DNA of 64,000 nt from Nitrospirota bacterium (GTDB taxonomy: Bacteria > Nitrospirota > UBA9217): NCBI GenBank assembly GCA_963796285.1, contig CAWCKW010000012.1, forward strand, positions 1,664,001-1,728,000, read 5' to 3'. Made by a program: the position numbers and the translations under genes. The notes under the pieces are model-generated. The model searched no databases and was not told the origin of the DNA. It worked only from the letters and a program-made list of their open reading frames with translations. Shown piece after piece: positions 56,014 through 64,000 of the stretch. How positions within the stretch are numbered: position 1 is the stretch's first letter; every line of letters starts with the position of its first letter.

Positions 56014-56835
56014 TTATCGTATTTCGTAGTTCAACGTCTGAGGCGCACCGTTCCGGATCAGGTCGATGGATATATTCCGCTCCGTCCTCAGACCTTGATA
56101 GAGCTGGAAGAACTTGGCAGGGTCGTCCACTGCCTGAGAATTGACCTTCTGGATCACATCGCCGTTCTTGAGGCCGATCTTCTCATAGATACTGTTGGGG
56201 GTGATCTCGCTGATGCGGAACCCCACGGTCTTCCCCTGCTCCATGTAGGGCAGCGCCCGCGCTTGCGTCAGGATCTGGCTCATGTTCTCGGTGCTTGCGA
56301 CCATTTCCCGCTGGTCCACCATGTACTTGCTATCGGAGACCTTCTTCACGCCGTTGCTGCTGGGAGTTTGTGTGTTCACGATCTTGGCGTCGTCTTCAAG
56401 CACGATGTCGACCATCGATCCCTCGGCCCTCTGGAGCGTGACCTTGTCGCGCTTCACCTTGACGAGTTGAGAGCCGTCCGGCAGCTTCTGGTGCATCCGG
56501 TAGAATGCCTGACCCGTGCTGTCCTCGAGCACGGCGCCTGAAAAACTCTCGCCCTCGATCGTACCGATGAGCTTATAGTTCGCGGCCTCGACCGCGGGTC
56601 CACCCGACGGGCCTTTGCCTTCGCCGAAGAGCCCGCGCTCCAGGATGGAGGTATAATCGCTCAACTCCCGGCGAGGCTGCAAGACCGGCCGGTCGCGCTC
56701 CAGGGGCGTCGTAAACTTGGGTGCAGCTTCGAGGCTCCTTCCGATCATGGCATCAACGGTATCGGCGAGGAAATAGGCTGATACAGTAAGGAGCGCGATT
56801 AAAACGAGGGTGTATAGTGTTTTGTTTTCTTTCAT
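56014..56835 (-). CDS. gspC: Type II secretion protein GspC with PDZ domain
   Basis: TM, KLIGTI HR domain, GLKNGDVIQKVN PDZ domain. Confidence 0.9.
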   Translation of the reverse strand: MKENKTLYTLVLIALLTVSAYFLADTVDAMIGRSLEAAPKFTTPLERDRPVLQPRRELSDYTSILERGLFGEGKGPSGGPAVEAANYKLIGTIEGESFSGAVLEDSTGQAFYRMHQKLPDGSQLVKVKRDKVTLQRAEGSMVDIVLEDDAKIVNTQTPSSNGVKKVSDSKYMVDQREMVASTENMSQILTQARALPYMEQGKTVGFRISEITPNSIYEKIGLKNGDVIQKVNSQAVDDPAKFFQLYQGLRTERNISIDLIRNGAPQTLNYEIR

Positions 56836-56873
56836 AAATTACTCACTTCACTTCTGTGTTTTTAAACTCTGGA

Positions 56874-56903
56874 ATTATACTCTCAAACCATGCTCTTTGT
56901 CAA
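56874..56903 (-). promoter_or_regulatory. sigma70 promoter of the gsp operon
   Basis: TTGACA-N18-TATAAT. Confidence 0.75.
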
Positions 56904-57005
56904 ATACTAACAACTTGAGAGTTAACGGTTATTCAGCGGATTGTGTCTGCATCGGCTGAAATGAATTTTCAACTGGATAAGAAGCCTGGTGCTCGATCAA
57001 CCTAT

Positions 57006-58938
57006 TTACGGGTCCTTAAACAACTCCCCGAACATCCGCTTCATTGCGCCTGGTTCATGCACGGCCGCGGCCTTTGCCTCTTTCCACCTGCGTCTCAGCT
57101 TCTTTACATTTTCTCCCTTCGCTTCTTTCGCAATGAGCTTCTTATCGATGGCATCAAGCCGCGCCAGAGCATCGCGAGTGCCTTTGACCAGGGCCCGGTA
57201 CTTGGCAGGATCGGATTTCGGGATCGAAAAATCGCCGCTTGTTTTCCAGATTTCTCCCAGATGCAACCAGGCGGCAAAGTTCTCGGTCTTGCCTTCGGGC
57301 ATGAGCACGATTTTCGAGTTTGCTTTAATATCTTGCACGCGAAGGCCATTGCTGTCGGCAACGACCTTCTGGCTTCCCGTGAACGGCTCCGCGCCTTGCG
57401 AATCGAAATAGCGCCATTTCACCTTCGAGATCTGGACCGTTGAATCGTGGCAGCTGCCGCAGGTGCGCGACTTCCCGAGCGGATGCGCGACCTCTTCGAT
57501 CTGGAGCCAGGCAAGATAGTTGTTATTTCCGCCCGGGAAGCTGAACGTCCCGAGCTGGACATAGGCATCCCTCGTCTCGCCCTTGGGCCAGCGGAAGGTG
57601 AGACCCGGCTTCGGCGCGATGGTTTCCTTGATGCCTCCGGCGCTGTTCGGCCAGATCTTCGTCGGCATCCACATGCCGTGCTGGTCCTTGAGCAATATCG
57701 GCGGTTCCTGCGGACCGTAATACAAGGAATACTTCTTGAACGGGTTTGGTTTTGATGAGATCATGCCCGGGCCCCAGGACGTCATCTCGTAGCCGCCAAG
57801 GACCTTCACGTGGCAGGCCGCGCAGGCAAGGTTCTTGTGCACGCTCGTTGCCATTGCCTGCTCCACTTCGATGTGGCAGTCCTGGCACGTTGCCTTGCGC
57901 TCGATATGCCCCATGCCTCCCGGACCGGTCTCGTGGCAGTCAACACACACCAGTTTCTTCGCCACGTGCACGTCCTCGGGCAGGCCCTCGGGCTCGGAGT
58001 AATCCTTGCCGAGATAGCTGTCCCCTCTTCTCCGCTCCATGGTCCCGGCGTGGCAGACAAAGGAGCTCCTGCCGCCTCCGGTGCAATTGGCAGCAGGCGG
58101 TACGCGGCCCATGGCATGCACCCCGCGCTCGCGCGTGGGCGCGTAATGGCAGTCCAGGCAGCCGGCATGACAGAGATTGCACGCCTTCTGCTTCGCGATC
58201 GCCTGATCGCGGCTCAGCGGTTCGTTGATCTGTTCCATGATCTTCTGGGTATTTTCGAAGGAGAACTTGTTGCCTTCCGCCCTGCCGACCGGCTGGGTGT
58301 CCGCGAAAGACGGCCCTCAATTATTAGGGCCGTGAATATCGTTCCAGACGCGCATCGAGCGCTGACGGAAATTCGCGCCCATGATGCTCGTGTCGAACTG
58401 TTTCACCTGGTCAGGATGGCAGGCAGACTTTCCGCAGGTCTTTGCCGCAATGGAAGGATCATAGCCAAGAGTGACCGGGTTGCGGTCATGCCACATGAGC
58501 GTGCCGACCTCGTAGTCCAGCTCACCGTTACTCAGGCGGGGAAGCATGTCGCGCAGGCGGTCGTCCCCTGACGGCAAAAGCTGTTTCACATGACCTTTGC
58601 GCGGCATGATGTTCAGATCGTTATCCAGGACGATAAGCTTCAGCATGCCCCTGTGCGCCGTGGCGGGATTGTCGGACAGGCCGTTGCCCAAGGTGGCAAT
58701 CGCGGCACTCGGTGTTCGGATGGCGCGACTCCTTCTGCACCTGCTCGCGGGTCATCACGAACTCGGGATACCCGAGAGCGGCCATCCTGTCTTTATTCGA
58801 ATGGCATTGGACGCACTTGTCGCTTGACTGGTAACCGGAGTAGAAATAGATGAAGAGCAGAACAAGGGCGAGCTGGATGAAAAGGATGCTCATCCCGCGT
58901 TTGCTGCCGAAGAATTTCCAGAGTTTGCCGATGGCCAT
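57006..58938 (-). CDS. Membrane-anchored multiheme cytochrome c, putative selenoprotein (UGA at 58317-58319; indel near 58690)
   Basis: N-terminal TM; eight CXXCH motifs plus CX4CH and CX9CH; the frame continues through the TGA (GPNN-U-GPSFAD); SECIS-like hairpin follows. Confidence 0.8.
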
Positions 58939-59003
58939 GATGAATAAGATACCATAGGCAGGAGGTCATGACAATGCTAAAAAAGAAGTGAGGAAGTGGA
59001 AGC

Positions 59004-59062
59004 GTGGAACGCGCGCCTGACGCGCCGCTTCTGGCGCGTCGCTGTCTAGGCGCTGGTTGAAA
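59004..59062 (-). mobile_element. attC-like site (59 bp), last in the array
   Basis: TTTCAAC...CCTAGAC...GTCAGG...GTTCCAC palindrome with an extrahelical base. Confidence 0.7.
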
Positions 59063-59134
59063 TCGTATCTGCTTCGATTTTGCATACAAGGTATTTTGGG
59101 GTCGAGACTTGATAAAGCAGTTTGAAAATTAATT

Positions 59135-59797
59135 TTACACTTGTGCCCTAAATAGTGCCATACAACCAATAATGTCTATACTTACATTTTGGAAGCGTTT
59201 TGATAATTCTTCCATCAGTTCGTCATACCCATCTTCGATATTTGAAAATGTTTTGTCCTTATTCGCCATATGAATTACAAATTTTGCTGCTAAATTCTTT
59301 TTTACGTTTTTATTTAATATAGTGCACCCAAAGACAACGCCTCCAGGATTCATTACCTGCTTTGCATTATCAAAGACAACTCCTTTGTCCTTCAATGTTC
59401 CGGGAATACAATGGAGCAATCCATTTAAGGCTACTGAATCAAATCGTCGAGGGCCTGTATCAAAGGGTTCGAATACGTCTCTGCAATATACCTCGGGAGA
59501 ATATCGTTCAACGCGTTTCCCTGTGACTTCGAGACAATTTTGATTAAGATCCAACAATGCAAGTCGCGGCGTTTTTGTTGGGAACTCACAATTATCGAGC
59601 ATATAGCCGGTTCCTACTCCCGCATCAAGATGATTTGCAGAGATATTCCGGTTATAGTTTTCCAGTATAAAATGGGAAGGACATTTCCAGATAAAACGAC
59701 AGTTTATTCCGAGAATCAGGAAATCGTAGAATGATAAAAAAAACTTACTATATATGGCTTGTCCGGCTTTAATTGCTTCTTTGGTAACATTTGCCAT
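59135..59797 (-). CDS. Class I SAM-dependent methyltransferase (gene cassette)
   Basis: HLDAGVGTGY, LLDLN, FDSV...LLHCIPG; low GC. Confidence 0.88.
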   Translation of the reverse strand: MANVTKEAIKAGQAIYSKFFLSFYDFLILGINCRFIWKCPSHFILENYNRNISANHLDAGVGTGYMLDNCEFPTKTPRLALLDLNQNCLEVTGKRVERYSPEVYCRDVFEPFDTGPRRFDSVALNGLLHCIPGTLKDKGVVFDNAKQVMNPGGVVFGCTILNKNVKKNLAAKFVIHMANKDKTFSNIEDGYDELMEELSKRFQNVSIDIIGCMALFRAQV

Positions 59798-59808
59798 GGT
59801 TGTCTCCT

Positions 59809-59867
59809 TTCTAACGTTACGGCTCAGCGGAGGGCGTAGCCACGTCCGCTGGAGCCGAGGGTTCGGC
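59809..59867 (-). mobile_element. attC site (59 bp)
   Basis: GCCGAAC-N5-CTCCAGC...GCTGAG...GTTAGAA. Confidence 0.88.
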
Positions 59868-60595
59868 TTGGTCGTTCACGCACAGACGCTCTAGAAACCT
59901 TTTTGTCTTTGCATAAGTCCGACACACATTTACGCGGTACTCCTCAACCAGATCACCGAACACGGCATCTTCCTCCGGAAACTGCTCTAGACCAATGGTC
60001 CGAGGGGAAATGTATGAGATTGATCCCCTGTAGTAGGAGCACCTCATGAGGTCAATGAACAAATCACGGGCAAAACCGTGTTTCCTAGCTTTTTGATCCG
60101 CGAAGGCAAGAAAGGTGGTGCCTTTGTTGACCTTGTAGAAGTATTCTTTCTCCTTTGTGTCTGCCGTGGTCAGTACCTTTGTGAACCGTTTGTAGAAACA
60201 ATCCAATCGACCACTTTCGCCCTGCGAGTTATCGTAAACCACTACGAACAGGTAGACCGGCATTCCGAGGCCTCTCCAATACTCCAAGGTCCTCTCGTCA
60301 ATTTGCAGGTGTGGGTTCCCAATCACGTACCTGTGAAGCTCATTAAAACCTCTATGAGGGCCGATGTCTTCAAGCGTCACGTTCTGCTTTGAAAGCGTCT
60401 TGACCTGTACAGCATAGAGGAGTCCGTCGGTTTATCCCCATAAACCCACTCGCAGATGTAATCAATTCCAATGTCTTTCAGTCCGACTATGTGGTGGGGC
60501 AGAGAGTAGTCGGACACGAGTGCCTCGAAGAACGATTCACCCTTTATGCCCGCCTTGGCCTGGGCTGTATACTTCTTATATCCCGAGTCAGTCAT
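59817..60595 (-). CDS. DUF4365-like restriction-endonuclease-fold protein (cassette; indel near 60420)
   Basis: GIKGE..F, DIGIDYICE, AVQVK, LEYW...PVYLFVV. Confidence 0.65.
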
Positions 60596-60624
60596 GATCA
60601 ACCTACAATCTGTGTGCAATCAAT

Positions 60625-60680
60625 GCCGAACGACGAGCTCACACGCCGCGAAGCGGTCGGCGTGGAACGACAGGTTAGCG
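60625..60680 (-). mobile_element. attC site (56 bp)
   Basis: CGCTAAC (contains the upstream gene's stop)...TTCCAC...GTGAG...GTTCGGC. Confidence 0.85.
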
Positions 60681-61193
60681 TTTGCTTTGGTGTTCTTTGG
60701 AGTATTGCCAAAGCGCCATATCTAACTCACGCACGGATTTGCCGAGGTCTTTCGCAACAGTTCTGCAAACTCGGACATAATCTTCCCAGAATCCGAATGT
60801 ATACTGAGAAGGTTTATCTATTGAAAGGCTCCACAAGGCCCTAACATCGAGGATGGGATAGAGACTGATTGACACAGAAATGAAGAATTACCGATGCAGT
60901 CGGGAAAATGTACACCTTCAAGAAGCGTTAGGGAGCCAATTTTTGACAGCTCACATTTCGCAGAAAAGGCAAAAGCGGTTAGTTCCTTAACAAGGGCGTG
61001 TGGATTTGACTTTGCAAGCTCAGCCCGTCGTTTAGATTTCCAGAAGCAAATCTCATATAGTTGCGTAACGGTAAGATAGCCTTGAGCTGGGCCGATCTGA
61101 TGGTATTTTTCAAGTTGTATCTCGGCCTCATAATTGTAATGGCCTTGGTACTCTTGAATCTTCTTTACTGGAATTCGCAGTTTCGTATTTCAT
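60675..61193 (-). CDS. Hypothetical helix-hairpin-helix (DNA glycosylase-like) protein (indels)
   Basis: Reconstructed ...ICFWKS...LTLLEGVHFPTASVILHF...YPILDVRALWSL...RELDMALWQY. Confidence 0.55.
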
Positions 61194-61270
61194 GCAGTTC
61201 CTTAAATTACAGCTCTTGCTATACGATGAAATCAACTTTTAGTAAAACCAGCCGTGATTGTTTCCATTAA

Positions 61271-61795
61271 TTACGATCCAACTTGCCTGATCCAATCACG
61301 AATTGATGAACCAATACGTTCTATATCTGCGTTGCCTAGTTCGCCGCTGTGCATGATGACATTACGGGAACGCTCAAGCGTATTTCATGATTTGTCGAAC
61401 CCAATCAAGTGATTGAAGGTGGTCCTCAAAGAGCGACCAATTCTGATTTATTATTGAAGCTAAGTCCCGAAACTCAGTATAATTGATGAGTGAGTCTCCC
61501 CGTTGAGCATGCCACCTAATCTTATTTTCCTCTTCACGACGAGATTCGGCCTTTGCCCTAATCTTCTCGGATACCGCAGTGTCCCACCAGGTTTCACCGA
61601 CTTCTTCCAGCTTTTTTTTATTATAAATGCGCGAACCGAATTCTCAAAAGCGGCTATTGCAGTGTAAACCGTTGCCATTTTTCGTGCACATGTGACCAGC
61701 TCATCATCAAGTAATTTGATCGATAATCGTTCAGCAGTAGATGCGTCAAGAATAGATGAGCTATGAAGCTTACTTTTTCGTCCAATACAACCCAT
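61271..61795 (-). CDS. Swt1-like HEPN domain protein (indels; 5' end possibly truncated)
   Basis: FENSVRAFI, ...LERSRNVIMHSG (Rx4H), DWIRQ. Confidence 0.7.
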
Positions 61796-61796
61796 C

Positions 61797-61877
61797 AGGG
61801 TCAGGTCTAGATTTCATGTCATCTCAATAATAAGAAGATGCTAAAAAGTCAAATGGCAATTAAGTAGACCTGACCCT
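61797..61877. mobile_element. 81-bp MITE/REPIN-like element with 13-bp inverted ends
   Basis: AGGGTCAGGTCTA ... TAGACCTGACCCT around an AT-rich core. Confidence 0.7.
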
Positions 61878-61888
61878 AAATGCTTCCC

Positions 61889-62617
61889 CTAACCACTGTC
61901 TTTATTAATAGTCTTAAACCAATCTTGGTGTTTTGGCAGTACATCAATAAATTTAATCCGCGATGGATCTTGTTTAAAGTTCTTTTTAAGATCAATCAAT
62001 AAATTGAACCTTATGAACTGAGCTGTAGACAATAAAATTCTTATGCTGTCTTTTACAGCGGTACTTTTTTCCGATAACTCGTGTACTTTCATTTCGTCCC
62101 CGACTGTTCTTATAGGATGCGACTCTAGTCGGAGCTTCTCGTTAAGTTGAAAAAGTTTATTTTGATAGTCGCATGCCAATTTAAGATGAGAATAATAAAA
62201 AATTAGACGCTGGACCAAGTCAGCACTCAATACCCTCGTAATATCGGAAAGATTACTGCGATAAAAAATATCATTATAGCCATCAACTGCAAAATTTGGA
62301 TGATTATCATTGTCGTAACCAAGGTCGATAATTTTGTGATTATCAATTTCAAAATACAAGCACCGTTGCAGGTTCTTCTTAAGAAGTCTGCGACCAAAAT
62401 ACCATTCTCCCAATTTTATTAATACAGTGATAATTCCGGCTGAAATAGCACCATAAACGACAGCAGTCAGTTTAGAGGAAGGGTCATCGGAAGTGTTATT
62501 ATTTTGGATAGGAGAAGAGATTGTTCTCTGCGCATGTGCGGGCGTCAACTCACTTGTGCCTGCATAGCTGATGCTCAGTGATCCTAATAATAGAATTAAA
62601 AATATGCTTTTTCTCAT
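61889..62617 (-). CDS. Hypothetical membrane protein (cassette)
   Basis: Signal-like N-terminus plus one TM segment; low GC. Confidence 0.65.
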   Translation of the reverse strand: MRKSIFLILLLGSLSISYAGTSELTPAHAQRTISSPIQNNNTSDDPSSKLTAVVYGAISAGIITVLIKLGEWYFGRRLLKKNLQRCLYFEIDNHKIIDLGYDNDNHPNFAVDGYNDIFYRSNLSDITRVLSADLVQRLIFYYSHLKLACDYQNKLFQLNEKLRLESHPIRTVGDEMKVHELSEKSTAVKDSIRILLSTAQFIRFNLLIDLKKNFKQDPSRIKFIDVLPKHQDWFKTINKDSG

Positions 62618-62686
62618 TTTGCAAACCCTACTAGTTGTGAAGCGGCCGTAGTATAGGTGATTGTGTTCAAGCCGATTATTCTCCAG

Positions 62687-62748
62687 GTTCAACGTAGCGA
62701 TCACCGGTCTCGCCAGAGCGCGGGTACTCGTGGATTGCACGGTTATAC
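62687..62748 (-). mobile_element. attC site (62 bp)
   Basis: GTATAAC (contains the stop)...AATCCAC...GTGATC...GTTGAAC. Confidence 0.82.
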
Positions 62749-63639
62749 GCTGATCACATTACGCGCCTTATTTTGGCGACATTCTCGCCGATCTTCATAA
62801 ATGGCCGCTTTTAGAACCTGAAGACAAATTTTTGCGGTATGCTCCCTGGGGCTAAAGCCGGAAGTCATTTGCTGGAACGGATGGATATAGTTCCTGAAGT
62901 CTCGTAGTGAGTGGCTAAACTTATGGGTGTCATATTGAATAAGCCCGATATCTCGCGCCACATCAATAAATGCGCTCAACGACCAATCATAGAACGGCTT
63001 CACTTTTCCAGCTAGATTCCTTTGGAGACGATTTTGAGGAATCAAATTGTTTTGGGTATTTTGACTGCCAAACCCAGAAGAAGCCCCTCAAGGGTGCTAC
63101 CAGCGAGCAAAATAACTGATAAATAGGCACTAGCCGGGAAGCAACGTTCGATTTCTCTAATTCTTTCCTGAAGGATGTCAGAAACGGCTCCTTCTAGACC
63201 GAGCCTTTGCGACCGAAACATCTGCGAACTCTCTCTTCAAAGAATTCATCTTCGCTATCTGACGCCTCTGGTGTTTCGTCAATCTCGATCTTCTGTAACT
63301 TAGTAAAGCCAATTTCTGCACCACTTCGGTTACCTTCCATTTGTCAAACGCATATGTATTTATTAAACTCGGCAATGTGTCTTATCCAACTCGCTGATTC
63401 GCCCAATAAAGTTAGCAGGAGACAGAACAGCCCGTATGCATTTGTCGAGCTCCGGAGTACGATTGATAGCCTTTAGCTTTTCGTCGGTATACATCCATCG
63501 GGATGGAAAACCTTGCCCATATGAATCATTGAAACCCGAGCGCATTAAAGAACTGCACAAGCTGCGGTCCTTACCGATACTCTGTCTCCTCATTAATCAG
63601 GATCCTGAGCTTCTCAAGTGATTTTGGTGTTAGGATCAT
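62743..63639 (-). CDS. Hypothetical protein with an AbiJ-like N-terminus and a HEPN-like C-terminus (cassette; indels)
   Basis: MILTPKSLEKLRILINEETEY...FNDSYGQGFPSRW; C-terminal LRDFRNYIHP. Confidence 0.55.
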
Positions 63640-63665
63640 CGATCTATCCTTGCGTTTCATGAAGC

Positions 63666-63716
63666 ACATAACCGCCGGGAGCTCAAGCTGATCCCCGCAG
63701 AGGGATCTGGTTGTAG
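63666..63716 (-). mobile_element. Degenerate attC- or attI-like site at the head of the array
   Basis: CTACAAC...GCTTGAG...GTTATGT; the GTTAT end pairs with the R'' of the same cassette. Confidence 0.45.
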
Positions 63717-63834
63717 TGTCTCGGTTCTGCGGCGCTTTTTGCCGCGGGTCACAGTAACGCATGGCAAAGCTCCGGCATTCTCGCGGCGGTTTCTCAGCCG
63801 CGAGAACCAGTTATTGTAGGGACGGGAACTAGTT

Positions 63835-63960
63835 ATCTACATATATATGCATGCATCTACCGCTATATGCATGCATCTATCTGTAGATGCATGAAAGTAT
63901 ATACAGGTAGATGCTTATTACCAATTATCATAATAACAAGAAGCATCTATATGTATATGC
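63835..63960. repeat. AT-rich array of ATGCATCTA-type direct and inverted repeats
   Basis: TATATGCATGCATCTA at 63844 and 63864; inverted pair at 63897-63916 and 63941-63960. Confidence 0.75.
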
Positions 63961-64000
63961 TTTTCCAGAGAGGCCGCAGTATCGTCCCTATTGAATTGAA

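Overview
A 64-kb chromosomal segment from a moderately GC-rich anaerobic or microaerophilic bacterium. The protein content looks Nitrospirota- or Desulfobacterota-like (inference). Many genes are split by single-base indels, mostly in homopolymers, which looks like long-read assembly error rather than real gene decay. From left to right the window holds: surA-like and TPR genes and small housekeeping genes; an ntrBC-like two-component pair; amtB1; a PerR-led oxidative-stress operon; amtB2-glnK; a selenocysteine formate dehydrogenase operon (fdnGHI-fdhE) sitting inside the remains of an older FDH/NrfD operon; a porin-amtB3-glnK-PII operon; a complete Mo-nitrogenase region (nifHDK-tauE-nifEN-nifX-nifI1-nifI2-fdxB-GNAT and nifB-hesA-orf-nifV); an omptin-like beta-barrel; a full type II secretion operon (gspC-N); a multiheme cytochrome c with an in-frame UGA and SECIS-like hairpin; and a low-GC integron-type attC cassette array with defence-like genes. 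The most notable observations are: (1) a conserved two-hairpin leader motif shared by the nifH and porin-amt transcripts; (2) five sigma54 promoters, each preceded by a tandem pair of 17-bp NtrC-like boxes at a 19-bp period, with no nifA in the window; (3) the putative selenocytochrome; (4) in-situ replacement of an FDH operon; (5) the attC array; (6) many different palindromic repeat families filling intergenic spaces and inserted in frame into NifEN and the pseudopilin leaders.
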